Of a DNA stretch of 64,000 nucleotides, positions 39,434 to 48,998 are shown in pieces. The notes under the pieces were generated by a model. The model searched no databases. It was given only the letters and a program-made list of their open reading frames with translations, and had not been told where the DNA came from. The first letter of the stretch is position 1. Each line of letters opens with the position of its first letter. The position numbers and the translations under genes are program-made. The stretch covers positions 17,700 to 81,699 of the forward strand of contig CAZIIM010000003.1 in assembly GCA_964539305.1 (NCBI GenBank), read 5' to 3'. The stretch comes from an uncultured bacterium (GTDB taxonomy: Bacteria > Fidelibacterota > Marinisomatia > Marinisomatales > TCS55).

Positions 39434-40624
39434 TCAGCTCCGGAAAATCGTTTCTTCCCGGTTAAACCATTTTACGCAGAACCAGATAGATAAACCTGCC
39501 AGGAGGAACAAGGAACAGTACACTTCCACCATGTAAAACAGATCCACCGTCCCCGCCACCACATCTTTGGCTGCCAGGGAGACATTCAGGACGGGTACGA
39601 GGGCGGTAACGGCATTGAGTTCCATTCCGGGCATGGCCCCGATCAGGGCGGGAAATATAATAACAATGTTCAGGGGGGCAACCATGCTCTGGGCTTCCTT
39701 GAAAGAACGGGCATAAATGGACAGACTCAGAATCATGGCACTGAAAAAGGCGGATATGGGCAAAACTAGAGACATGATCATGAGAATCATTTTCCCGGTA
39801 AGCAATGCTTTGATTGCCGTAAGGAATTCCTGGGGAATATCAGGTATGCTCTGGACGGCATAAAACAGGCCTGCCATGGCCAGGAAAGCGGTCATGACCG
39901 CTGCCAGCAGGACTACTAGGAATTTTCCAAAGACAATATCCAAACGGGAAGCAGGCGATGACAAGAGTGTTTCCAGGGTACCCCGTTCTTTCTCCCCGGC
40001 CCCCAGATCCAGTCCCGGGTACATGGCCCCCATGAATCCAAAAATGATGAACAGGTAAGGCAGATACCCACCGGCAATCTTCCCAATCATTTCCTGCTTG
40101 GAGGTAATATCCTGGTATTGCACTTGATAGGCTTTTACCACATTCCAGTCCAGACCCATTTCTTTCAGGCGCACCTGGACGATCTCCTGCTCCTGCTTAT
40201 CCACAAGTTTCTGGATCCGGTCCTTGGTAATCCCCAGGGATTCACTGCCTTTGTACACCACCCGGATGTGGGGTCGTTCCACTCCGTGCTGATCCACCGA
40301 ATCATCAGGAGAAATGATAATGGCTGCATCCAGGTATTCCTGCTGGATGTAGGCTTCGATACTGTCTTCAGGAATCATGTCCAGCAGGATGACTCTATCG
40401 GCCGTTTTAAAGGTTTCATACAGGTCAGGGGCAAATTCCTGCCCCACGAACTTGATTTTCAGCTGTTTCTCTTCTGCTTTCTGGACCTGGCTCATTTGGA
40501 CCTTGGTTACAATACTGATCATTCCCGGTACCAGCAATAGAGGCATGACAACCATCATCAGGATGGTACGGCGATCCCGTAATACGTCCTTCAAATCTTT
40601 TCGAAATATGGTAAAGATGCGCAT
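39434..40624 (-). CDS. ABC-2 type transporter permease (NatB-like)
   Basis: A multi-TM ABC-2 permease immediately downstream of the ATPase gene. The ATG at 40624 (MRIFTIFRKDLKD) is preceded by GGGGAGG. The longer listed ORF start at 40663 lies inside the ATPase gene. Confidence 0.7.
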   Translation of the reverse strand: MRIFTIFRKDLKDVLRDRRTILMMVVMPLLLVPGMISIVTKVQMSQVQKAEEKQLKIKFVGQEFAPDLYETFKTADRVILLDMIPEDSIEAYIQQEYLDAAIIISPDDSVDQHGVERPHIRVVYKGSESLGITKDRIQKLVDKQEQEIVQVRLKEMGLDWNVVKAYQVQYQDITSKQEMIGKIAGGYLPYLFIIFGFMGAMYPGLDLGAGEKERGTLETLLSSPASRLDIVFGKFLVVLLAAVMTAFLAMAGLFYAVQSIPDIPQEFLTAIKALLTGKMILMIMSLVLPISAFFSAMILSLSIYARSFKEAQSMVAPLNIVIIFPALIGAMPGMELNAVTALVPVLNVSLAAKDVVAGTVDLFYMVEVYCSLFLLAGLSIWFCVKWFNREETIFRS

Positions 40625-40625
40625 C

Positions 40626-41396
40626 TCAAGCCTCCCCGATCCGGTGAATGAATTCATCTTCAAAGGTGGGTTGGGTCATTTCCGCCTTGAATTTCTCCAT
40701 CGTATCGTTGAAATACAGTTTCCCCCGGTAAATGATGGCAATGTCATCACAGACCTGGTTTACTTCACCCATGCGGTGGGTGGAAAAAATGACCGTTTTC
40801 TGCTCTTCCCGGCAGGACCGGATCAAATCCATGATTGCCCTAGAGGTCATTACATCCAGTCCGGACGTGGGTTCGTCGAAGATCATGACTTCGGGGTCAT
40901 GAATGATTGTCCGGGCGATGGAAATCTTCTGTTTCATGCCGGAACTCAAACGGGCGATCCGGCGGTTGGCAAAACTTTCCATTCCCAGTAAATCAAAAAT
41001 CTGGTCACGCCGCTGCTTAAAGGTAGCTTCATCCTGGCCGTGGAGATCCGAAATATATTTGACCATTTCATAGGGTGTCAGGCGGTCGTAAAGGGCGGTT
41101 TGACCGGTCATAAAACCAATCCGTTCCCGCACTTTCTGGCCATCTTTCACCGTGTCAAATCCTGCGACCGTTATTTTTCCGGCGGTTGGTTTGAGCATGG
41201 TGGCAATCATCCGGAGGGTGGTGGTTTTACCAGCTCCGTTGGGACCAATTAAACCGAATATTCTGCCCGGGCGGCATTCAAAACTGATTCCATCTACGGC
41301 CCGCAGCATTTTCGCGTCCTTGTACTCCTCACCCAGCTCCCGGCGATGACGCCGGTTCAATTTAAAATCCTTACCCAGGTTTTCGACTGTAATCAT
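40626..41396 (-). CDS. ABC transporter ATP-binding protein (NatA-like)
   Basis: Walker A GPNGAGKTT, signature LSSGMKQK, Walker B VMIFDEPTSGLD. Confidence 0.85.
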   Translation of the reverse strand: MITVENLGKDFKLNRRHRRELGEEYKDAKMLRAVDGISFECRPGRIFGLIGPNGAGKTTTLRMIATMLKPTAGKITVAGFDTVKDGQKVRERIGFMTGQTALYDRLTPYEMVKYISDLHGQDEATFKQRRDQIFDLLGMESFANRRIARLSSGMKQKISIARTIIHDPEVMIFDEPTSGLDVMTSRAIMDLIRSCREEQKTVIFSTHRMGEVNQVCDDIAIIYRGKLYFNDTMEKFKAEMTQPTFEDEFIHRIGEA

Positions 41397-41571
41397 GGAT
41401 CCTTCTCAATAATTTGTCATGAAATTAACGGTTTCAAAATTCTTAAACTAATATTCATACCATGTGGAAAAAGAATTGATCGTCACAGACCGGTGCTGAT
41501 TTTTTCTTCGATATAAAATCAATTAAACTGATCCCCATGTGTATGACTAAATTCCCGGTCGAATCGTTCGT

Positions 41572-42462
41572 ATGAAACTGAAAGTATATACCCTTTACGC
41601 CCTACTCTGTTTTATATGGGGAACGACCTGGATCGTTTTAAAAACCAGCCTCCAGGGGACACCGCCCTTCCTGGCTATCGGGTTGCGATTTCTCATCTCC
41701 GCTCTGATTCTTTGGGTTATCTTTTTCCTGAGGAAAGAAAAACTGCCCGTAAACCGGATCGCCCTGAATATTTATTTACTCTTCGCCGGCTTGAATTTCA
41801 CCGTTGGCTATGCACTTACTTACTGGTCCACCCAGTTCATCTATTCCAACCTGGGAGCCATTCTCTGGTCCGGATTCCCCCTGGTGGTAGCCATCATGGC
41901 TCATTTTGCCTTGCCCGATGATCATCTGACACCCCGGAAGGTCTTCAGCATTTTCATCGGACTGGCCGGAACAATCATGATTATTTACAATGGGAAGGCC
42001 CTGGGAACAGAAAAAGCACTTTACGGTATTCTTGGTATCGTGGTGGCCGTAGTGGCGGCCGCCTGGCCCAATGTGTATCTGAAAAAACACCGACAGGTCG
42101 TCAATCCCATCCATCTTAATGTTGTGTCACAAAGTATTGCCGCTATCCTTCTCTTATGTCTGTCATTGCTAGTGGAACAGGACCGGAGCATGGTTGTGAA
42201 CTGGTTCAACGTGGGAGCCCTGTTTTATCTGGCTATTTTCGGCACCGTCATCGCCTGGCTGATCAATATCTGGTTATTCGACCATATTTCCGTCACCCAG
42301 ATCAGTTACATTGCTTTTTTCCCGCCCATGATTGCCGCCATTCTGGGCTGGATTATTCTGGACGAACATCTGTCCCCGCTGGCATTGATCGGCGCTGTTC
42401 TGGTCCTGACAGGAGCCACCATGATCAACTTTAAATTCCGACGCCGGGTTCTGGAACCTTGA
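41572..42462 (+). CDS. EamA/DMT-family transporter
   Basis: About 10 TM segments in two EamA-like halves; 296 aa. Confidence 0.7.
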   Translation: MKLKVYTLYALLCFIWGTTWIVLKTSLQGTPPFLAIGLRFLISALILWVIFFLRKEKLPVNRIALNIYLLFAGLNFTVGYALTYWSTQFIYSNLGAILWSGFPLVVAIMAHFALPDDHLTPRKVFSIFIGLAGTIMIIYNGKALGTEKALYGILGIVVAVVAAAWPNVYLKKHRQVVNPIHLNVVSQSIAAILLLCLSLLVEQDRSMVVNWFNVGALFYLAIFGTVIAWLINIWLFDHISVTQISYIAFFPPMIAAILGWIILDEHLSPLALIGAVLVLTGATMINFKFRRRVLEP

Positions 42463-42561
42463 TCCAGAGAACCCTTCCAGCGAAAGGAAAGAAAAAATCG
42501 GAATAAAGATTAATCCGGGACGACTTTTTAAATTAATCGGTACTAAAATTCCACTGGATAA

Positions 42562-43056
42562 ATGATTCATTACACCACCCTAGACACACCCATTGGCACT
42601 CTGGCCCTGGTCCAAAGCCAGGGGGGGCTCTGCCGGATTCTGTTTGAAGAAGATATTTCCCACCTGGAGGATCTTGTTCATGGGGAATACCCTACTGAAA
42701 CGCTGGAAGAAGAACCGGATACCCTGGGGGAAGCGGTGAAACAACTCCAGGAGTATTTCAATGGCCAACGGACCAGCTTTACACTTAAACTGGATCTGAC
42801 GGCACCACCTTTTTATAAGAAAGTTCTGACAGAGGTCGCCAAGATTCCCTACGGTAAAGTGGCTTCCTACAAGGAGATTGCGCATCGGACCGGAAATCCT
42901 CGTGCCGTTCGGGCGGTGGGCGGGGCCAATGCCCATAACCCGCTCCCCATTGTGATTCCCTGTCATCGCGTTCTTGCTCATAATGGGGGCTTAGGCGGGT
43001 ACGGTGGTGGACTGGATCGAAAACAATATTTACTGAAACTGGAAGGTGCCCTGTGA
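42562..43056 (+). CDS. ogt: Methylated-DNA--protein-cysteine methyltransferase
   Basis: Active-site IPCHRV, plus YKEIAHRTGNPRAVRAVGGANAHNP. Confidence 0.85.
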   Translation: MIHYTTLDTPIGTLALVQSQGGLCRILFEEDISHLEDLVHGEYPTETLEEEPDTLGEAVKQLQEYFNGQRTSFTLKLDLTAPPFYKKVLTEVAKIPYGKVASYKEIAHRTGNPRAVRAVGGANAHNPLPIVIPCHRVLAHNGGLGGYGGGLDRKQYLLKLEGAL

Positions 43057-43102
43057 ACGGCAGAAAACTATTCTTTCAAGCAAACTTTTGGGGTTTTGAA
43101 CC

Positions 43103-43717
43103 ATGTGGCAATCCTTAAAACGTATTATTCTTACCGGTCTGTTTGCTGTGGTTCCTATTGCAGCTACGGTATGGATCCTTCAGATTATTTTTTCTTTCCT
43201 GGAAGGATTGACGGCCCCCATATTGAAACAGTTGAACCTGGAAATACCCGGGCTGGGGCTCCTCCTGACTCTCATCATGGTTTTCTTCCTGGGCCTGTTC
43301 ATCACCAACGTGGTCGGACGGCGGTTATTTCACTGGGGGGAGCAAATTATCCGCAGTATTCCGCTGGTGAACACCATTTACTCCACCGTAAAACAGATTA
43401 CGACAGCCTTTACGGGAGCAGCAGCCCGTTCCTTCCAGCAGGTCATCTTTATTCAGTACCCCCGAGAAGGATTGTGGACCATGTGTTTTGTTACCAATCA
43501 GTCCAAGAATGAAAACGGGACCGAATTTTACCACGTTTTTGTTCCCACCACGCCGAACCCCACCTCCGGCGTGTTTACAATCGTCCCCAAATCGGACGTG
43601 ATTCACGCCGATCTGACGGTCGAACAGGGTCTGAAAGCCATCATTTCCGGCGGTATCCTGGATCCCGGTGATAAACCCATCAGCTCCTTTTTACCGGACA
43701 ACACCACCAAGGAGTAA
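43103..43717 (+). CDS. DUF502-family membrane protein
   Basis: The pattern of two N-terminal TM segments followed by RSIPLVNTIYSTVKQI is typical of DUF502. Confidence 0.55.
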   Translation: MWQSLKRIILTGLFAVVPIAATVWILQIIFSFLEGLTAPILKQLNLEIPGLGLLLTLIMVFFLGLFITNVVGRRLFHWGEQIIRSIPLVNTIYSTVKQITTAFTGAAARSFQQVIFIQYPREGLWTMCFVTNQSKNENGTEFYHVFVPTTPNPTSGVFTIVPKSDVIHADLTVEQGLKAIISGGILDPGDKPISSFLPDNTTKE

Positions 43718-43729
43718 TCTCCCCTTTTC

Positions 43730-45520
43730 ATGGCCATTGAATACCTGGATGGCATTCGCCTCTACCGCTCGATTACGGCTGGGCTGAAACGGGTCGTTTC
43801 CCGCCAGGATTATTTGAATCATATTAACGTCTATCCCGTGCCTGACAGCGATACGGGCACCAACATGGCCTACACGCTTCTGGCCATTGAGGAGGGCATC
43901 CAGGACCGAATCCATTCCCACATTCACTGTATGAGTATGGCCATTGCCGACAGTGCTCTGGATGGCGCCCGGGGAAATTCCGGTGCAATCCTAGCCCAGT
44001 TTTTTGTGGGTTTTGCCGATGCCCTTCAGGATTTACCGGCGATCGACACCCGCCAGTTTGCCCAGGCGGTAAAAACGGCCAAGGATTATGCCTACGAAGC
44101 CCTGGTTCATCCCCAGGAGGGGACCATTCTCACGGTCATGTCCGACTGGGCTGAAATCCTTCAATCCCTGAGTAATAAAGTGGATGACTTCCGTTCCCTG
44201 ACACTCACCGCCCTGGAACAGGCGCGAACTTCCCTGGCCGAAACCCCCCGGAAACTGGAAATCCTGGCCAAGGCGGGCGTGGTTGACGCCGGCGCCCAGG
44301 GATTTGTGGATATGCTGGAAGGGATTCAGGATTATATTAACGATGGCACCCTGACTCCCGCCTCCATCGCCCGGCACCGGGAGCAGGAAAAGAAATCGGC
44401 GGGCACAAACGACCGGTATCGTTTCTGTACCGAATGCATGATTACAGGACCTGCCATCCCCCGCCGCGCTCTCCAGGAACGATTAATTACACACGGTGGC
44501 AGTCTCGTTCTGGCGGGCACGAAGACAAAAGTCAAGGTTCACATCCACACCAATGATCCCAAGGGCATTTTTGCCCTGTGCCGGGAGTTTGGGCATGTGA
44601 CGGGAGAAAAGGCGGACGATATGCGCCAGCAACAGCGGGATGCCCGTCAGGAGGACGGTTCCATCGCCGTTATTGTGGATTCAGGTTGCGATCTTCCGGA
44701 AGAGATTCTGGAATCACTCAATATTCATGTTATTCCTGTCCGTTTGAATTTCGGGGATGCCCATTACGTGGATAAAGTCACCTTGACGATTGATGAATTC
44801 TGGGAGGAGCTGGCTACCAATCCCATTCATCCCAAAACCTCCCAACCGACACCGGGGGATTTCAGGCGACAATACCAATTTCTTTCCACCCATTACCAGT
44901 CAGCCGTCTCCCTTCATTTACCGGCAAACCTGAGTGGAACCATGCAATCGGCCCTGGCAGCCGCCCGGAATCTGAATGATTTTCCCATTCAGGTTCTGGA
45001 TTCCAAAAACGGTTCCATCGGTATGGGTCTGATTGCCATGCGGGCTGCGGAAGCAATCCGGGCGGGAAAGGATTTCGAAACGGTTATCAGGATCACCCGT
45101 CAGGCCATTGCCAACACCACGATTTACATCGGGCTGGATACACTGGAGTACGTGGTAAAAGGTGGACGGGTTGCCCCTTCCAAACGGAAAATTGCCGATT
45201 TTCTACACATTAATCCCATCCTGACTTTTTCAGAGGGAGGGGTTACGACCCTGGCCAAAACCTTCGGAAGGAAGCGGAAGGTTCAAAAATTCAAATCCTT
45301 TGTGGAAAGCCGGTTCCCCAAGGACCGACCTTTCCGGGTAGGGCTGGCCCACACCCTGGTGGAACCTCTGGCCCGGCAGTGGGAGACGGAATTGGTTGAA
45401 CAACTGGGACGGGAGAGAGTAATTTTCACGGAGGTCAGTCCGGCTCTCGGTGTCCATGCCGGTCCCGGCGCTCTGGTGGCTGCCCTTCAAATACTTGAGG
45501 ATGATCTTTCCAATGAATGA
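43730..45520 (+). CDS. Fusion of a Dak2 (FakA-like kinase) domain and a DegV (FakB-like fatty-acid-binding) domain
   Basis: N-terminal DhaL/Dak2 motifs DSDTGTNM and GARGNSGAILAQ. Central CTEC...VHIHTNDP element as in YloV/FakA. The C-terminal 290 aa are DegV-like (IAVIVDSGCDLPEE...KTSQPTPGDF). Confidence 0.7.
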   Translation: MAIEYLDGIRLYRSITAGLKRVVSRQDYLNHINVYPVPDSDTGTNMAYTLLAIEEGIQDRIHSHIHCMSMAIADSALDGARGNSGAILAQFFVGFADALQDLPAIDTRQFAQAVKTAKDYAYEALVHPQEGTILTVMSDWAEILQSLSNKVDDFRSLTLTALEQARTSLAETPRKLEILAKAGVVDAGAQGFVDMLEGIQDYINDGTLTPASIARHREQEKKSAGTNDRYRFCTECMITGPAIPRRALQERLITHGGSLVLAGTKTKVKVHIHTNDPKGIFALCREFGHVTGEKADDMRQQQRDARQEDGSIAVIVDSGCDLPEEILESLNIHVIPVRLNFGDAHYVDKVTLTIDEFWEELATNPIHPKTSQPTPGDFRRQYQFLSTHYQSAVSLHLPANLSGTMQSALAAARNLNDFPIQVLDSKNGSIGMGLIAMRAAEAIRAGKDFETVIRITRQAIANTTIYIGLDTLEYVVKGGRVAPSKRKIADFLHINPILTFSEGGVTTLAKTFGRKRKVQKFKSFVESRFPKDRPFRVGLAHTLVEPLARQWETELVEQLGRERVIFTEVSPALGVHAGPGALVAALQILEDDLSNE

Positions 45521-46199
45521 ATATTTACAACTGATTCTGCTGTTAGTTCTGAGTTACCTGGCCGGTTCCGTACCCACCAGTATTATCGTCGGAAAACTGA
45601 CCCAGGGGATTGACATCCGGGACTACGGCAGCGGCAATGCGGGGGGAACCAATACTTTCCGGGTGCTGGGCTGGAAACCGGCCCTGGTGGTGGCCGTGGT
45701 GGATATTTTCAAGGGCTGGCTGGCAGCCGGCTGGTTTGCCACCCACCTGTTTCAGGGCCAGCCTATTCAGGATACGGGAGTGATTCAAATCCTGTGCGGC
45801 TTTGCAGCTGTACTGGGGCACACTTACACCATTTTTGCCGGATTCAAGGGCGGCAAGGGCGTCGGTACCCTGGCGGGGATGCTGATTGCCCTCTTCCCAC
45901 TGGCCCTGCCCCTGTGTCTGCTGGTGTTTGTCCTCACATTGATGTTGACAGGCTACGTTTCACTCAGCTCCATTCTGGCCTCCGTCTCCCTGCCCCTATT
46001 CCTCTTTTTACTCCCTCCCCTGACGGGTGTGGCTCCCGCCTCCCTCTCCCTCATGATCTTCAGTCTGCTCATCCCCTGGTTTATCATTTACACCCACCGC
46101 AGCAATATTGTCCGGCTCCGGGCCGGGGAGGAAAATCGCTTTGAAAAAGCCATGGTCCTCCGGCGGAAAAAGCCCAAACCGTCTCAGGGGAAAGACTGA
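45513..46199 (+). CDS. plsY: Glycerol-3-phosphate acyltransferase PlsY (acyl-phosphate dependent)
   Basis: MNEYLQLILLLVLSYLAGSVPTS, GSGNAGGTN and GGKGVGT motifs. The ATG at 45513 overlaps the upstream gene by 8 nt. The listed 45450 start is an in-gene extension. Confidence 0.85.
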   Translation: MNEYLQLILLLVLSYLAGSVPTSIIVGKLTQGIDIRDYGSGNAGGTNTFRVLGWKPALVVAVVDIFKGWLAAGWFATHLFQGQPIQDTGVIQILCGFAAVLGHTYTIFAGFKGGKGVGTLAGMLIALFPLALPLCLLVFVLTLMLTGYVSLSSILASVSLPLFLFLLPPLTGVAPASLSLMIFSLLIPWFIIYTHRSNIVRLRAGEENRFEKAMVLRRKKPKPSQGKD

Positions 46200-46621
46200 A
46201 AACAGGCTGAAAAAGGGTATTCCACCACCGTGGAGTCCCCGCAGTTTCGGAAGGCCACGGCCGGACGGTTCGCCAAACTGACAACCGTATCGGCCTGGAC
46301 GAACTTTATGATGACCCCATCTTCGTAATGGAAACGACCGTGGACAAAAATACTGTCCAGTCCAATTTCAATCGGAAAGGTGAATATCCGGCTTTCACCG
46401 GTGGGAATTTTTGGACGATTGGATCCTTCATACTGCCAAAGCCAGTTGTCTGATTCCAGCCGGAAATTGATTTCCACATACCCCTGGTAATTATCCCGGC
46501 CATAGGACTGGTACCCGTTATGAATCAGGATGGACCGTTCCACATATTTCTGTTTCACACAGCCGGTGAAGATCAGCAGTACCAGGGTCAACCAGACACA
46601 ATATTTCAGCTTCAATGGCAT
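46184..46621 (-). CDS. Hypothetical lipoprotein
   Basis: Lipobox LLIFTGC. Last gene of a four-gene minus-strand string. Its 3' end overlaps the 3' end of plsY convergently by 16 bp. Confidence 0.45.
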   Translation of the reverse strand: MPLKLKYCVWLTLVLLIFTGCVKQKYVERSILIHNGYQSYGRDNYQGYVEINFRLESDNWLWQYEGSNRPKIPTGESRIFTFPIEIGLDSIFVHGRFHYEDGVIIKFVQADTVVSLANRPAVAFRNCGDSTVVEYPFSACFQSFP

Positions 46622-46622
46622 T

Positions 46623-47651
46623 TCAGAGGGTTGGCCTCACGGAGGGAAAGCGATCCGGACCGGTGGTATCGGTAATCCGGCGGAATTCACCTGTTTTCAG
46701 ATAAAGGGTGTACACGGCCGAAGGGCTGTCACCAATCCCGGCGGAAAAAACCAATACTTCACCATCCGGTGAAAGGCTCAGATCCAATGCTTTGGCAAAG
46801 TCAAAGATCCGTTCCGAAGTGGAATGCTTTTCAGTCGAAGCCTGGTAGATATCCCCATTGGTGATGTTGTAAAAATAAATTTTGGTACCATCAGGGGACC
46901 AGACAGGGCTGTATTCATCTGAATTGGGCGTATCCAGGGAAAACAGGGTGCCCGTTTCCAAATCCAGGATATAGACATGTTCATCAGTCGCGTTCCGGTG
47001 GGAGGTGAAGGCCAGACGATTTCCATCGGGTGACCAGGTCGGTTCCAGATCCACCCGGGGGTCATTGGTCAGGCGGGTCTGGTGACTTCCGTCCGAATCC
47101 ATGACGTAAATTTCCCCGTTCCCATCCCGGTGGCTGACGAAGGCGATCCGAGTCCCATCGGGAGACCAGGCAGGAGCAATATCCGCTGCCGGGTGATTTG
47201 TCAGTCGCACCCTTTCATTTGTAACCAGATCCAGGATAAAGATGTCCCCCAGTCCGGCAGAATCACGCCTGAAAACAATTTGGCTGCCGTCCGGGGACCA
47301 GTCCGGTTCTGTACAGGGATAGGACCCCGTTGTCAGCTGTCGGACCGTATCCGTTGCAAATTCGTACAGGAAAAGGTGCCACCGCCCCTCCCGGTTGGAG
47401 ACAAACACCACACTCTGGCCATCCGGAGACCAGCGGGGATGCTCGTCCCGGCCCGGGTCCGTTGTAAGCTGCCGGAGATGACTGCCGTCGGAATCGATCA
47501 GGAAAAGATCGGCGGCCTGGCCTTGGGTCTGGGAAGAAAAAACAATTTGGAACGAGGGAAATGCCGAATCTTCGGACTGATCCTGACAACCGGTGAAAAC
47601 CAGACCCAGGATTAAAATACACGCTTGAATTAAGCAAGAAGGCACTTTCAT
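46623..47651 (-). CDS. TolB-like PD40/WD40 beta-propeller repeat lipoprotein
   Basis: Lipobox LVFTGC. At least six repeats of the P.WSPDG..I.F pattern. Confidence 0.7.
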   Translation of the reverse strand: MKVPSCLIQACILILGLVFTGCQDQSEDSAFPSFQIVFSSQTQGQAADLFLIDSDGSHLRQLTTDPGRDEHPRWSPDGQSVVFVSNREGRWHLFLYEFATDTVRQLTTGSYPCTEPDWSPDGSQIVFRRDSAGLGDIFILDLVTNERVRLTNHPAADIAPAWSPDGTRIAFVSHRDGNGEIYVMDSDGSHQTRLTNDPRVDLEPTWSPDGNRLAFTSHRNATDEHVYILDLETGTLFSLDTPNSDEYSPVWSPDGTKIYFYNITNGDIYQASTEKHSTSERIFDFAKALDLSLSPDGEVLVFSAGIGDSPSAVYTLYLKTGEFRRITDTTGPDRFPSVRPTL

Positions 47652-47692
47652 TTCCCCTTCCCTTAAAATTAGCGGGAATTCACAATGAAAGG

Positions 47693-48964
47693 CTAGAATT
47701 TCTGCTGAAAGGCAAAATGGAAGGAACGGTCCACCTGCCGGCCCTTCCGGAAGCCCCAGCCGTAATCCAGCCGGATGAGATCAAAGAAGGGGTAAGGAAT
47801 CTGAATGGAAATGCCTGTCCCCAGAATGGGGGATTGTCGAAACAGGCGATTAGATTCGTAGGTGGCCAGTCCTGCGTCCAGGAACCAGGCCAGGGTAAGG
47901 CCGAATTCGGTCTTGAAACGGGTCACATGCCGGGGAATCAGGGTCTGGCGCAACTCCACTGACCCAGTTAGGTAATGATGCCCGAATCGGTAGGCCTGGG
48001 ACCCGTTGGCAAACAGGGCCTGATCCGGGAAGGACCATCCACGAACCGAGAAGGAACCACCAATGGATTCCTGCCAGATGGGATCCTTGTCTCCCACGGT
48101 AAACCGGGACGCCAGATTCAAGGCAATGATCAGGTGTTTTTTCTGGAGATCCCCCTGCACCAGCCTGAAATAGCTGTAAGACTGACGCCAGAACAGGGTG
48201 GCTGGACGGTTGCCATCCAAGTCCAGAATGCTGTAGAAGGACTGGACGATATGAATTCCACGGGTCGGTTCAATGTAAATATCCCGCGTATCGAACTGGA
48301 AACTGCCCTGGGGGGCAAAATAGCGGTACACCAATGTCACCGAATCATTCACAAAGTCCTTCTCCTCCAGCTCAAATCCCAGACTCGCTTTCCGGGTGTA
48401 GCCGAAATAAAGGCCCACGTTACTTTCGAAAGAATTGGTTTGGATTTCATAGGGCAGGAAAGGATGATTTTCCACGTTCCGGCCTGTTTCAATATTTAAG
48501 GAAAGGTGATCTCCCATAATCCAGGGATCGGTGAAATTCAGACCATAGTTCCGGCGTCCCCCGAAGGTGGCTCCCCCCATGAGGGTCTCGTCCCGCCCGC
48601 GGAAATTTTTCCAGATCAGTCCCACCACCAGGGACCAGCCCGTATCCTCATCGTACACTGGCATGGGTCCACCAATAAACCGGGGGGATTCCACCACCTC
48701 GTATTCCAGAATCACCGAATCACTGGCCACGGGGATGGCTCGCCAGTACACATCGGCAAAGATACCCAGGTTCAGCAGCCGGTTCCGGTCTTCCAGAGCA
48801 AGGGCACTGTCCAGGGGCGCATTCAGCGGATGCTGAACTTCCCGCTGTAAAATGTAAGGCTTGGTCACCTTTACACCTTTGAAAGTGACCTGGGATACAA
48901 CCGGTGCCTGGGCCTGAACCAGGCTCAACCATAACAGCACCAGTCCGGTCCGGCGAAGGGTCAT
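47693..48964 (-). CDS. Omp85/BamA-family outer-membrane protein with a single POTRA-like domain
   Basis: Signal peptide, then one POTRA-like module (VSQVTFKGVKVTKPYILQREV...), then a surface-antigen beta-barrel ending in FAFQQKF. Confidence 0.65.
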   Translation of the reverse strand: MTLRRTGLVLLWLSLVQAQAPVVSQVTFKGVKVTKPYILQREVQHPLNAPLDSALALEDRNRLLNLGIFADVYWRAIPVASDSVILEYEVVESPRFIGGPMPVYDEDTGWSLVVGLIWKNFRGRDETLMGGATFGGRRNYGLNFTDPWIMGDHLSLNIETGRNVENHPFLPYEIQTNSFESNVGLYFGYTRKASLGFELEEKDFVNDSVTLVYRYFAPQGSFQFDTRDIYIEPTRGIHIVQSFYSILDLDGNRPATLFWRQSYSYFRLVQGDLQKKHLIIALNLASRFTVGDKDPIWQESIGGSFSVRGWSFPDQALFANGSQAYRFGHHYLTGSVELRQTLIPRHVTRFKTEFGLTLAWFLDAGLATYESNRLFRQSPILGTGISIQIPYPFFDLIRLDYGWGFRKGRQVDRSFHFAFQQKF

Positions 48965-48998
48965 GAATGTACGCGCGGGATTAAGAACGTTTCAGATC

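Noticed and set aside
40377-40991. 204-aa plus-strand ORF spanning the junction of the two ABC transporter genes
   Set aside because: It is entirely antisense to two well-supported minus-strand genes with clear Walker/ABC-2 features. Its translation is low-complexity with no recognisable motifs, so it is a shadow ORF.
45784-45800. TTCAAATCCTGTgCGG inside plsY, a 16/17 match to the T-arm/acceptor 3' part of tRNA-Arg; considered as a possible att repeat
   Set aside because: It lies upstream of a plus-strand tRNA, which is the wrong side for a 3'-end insertion repeat. It is also inside a conserved, intact coding region (IQILCGF of PlsY). Most likely a chance match.
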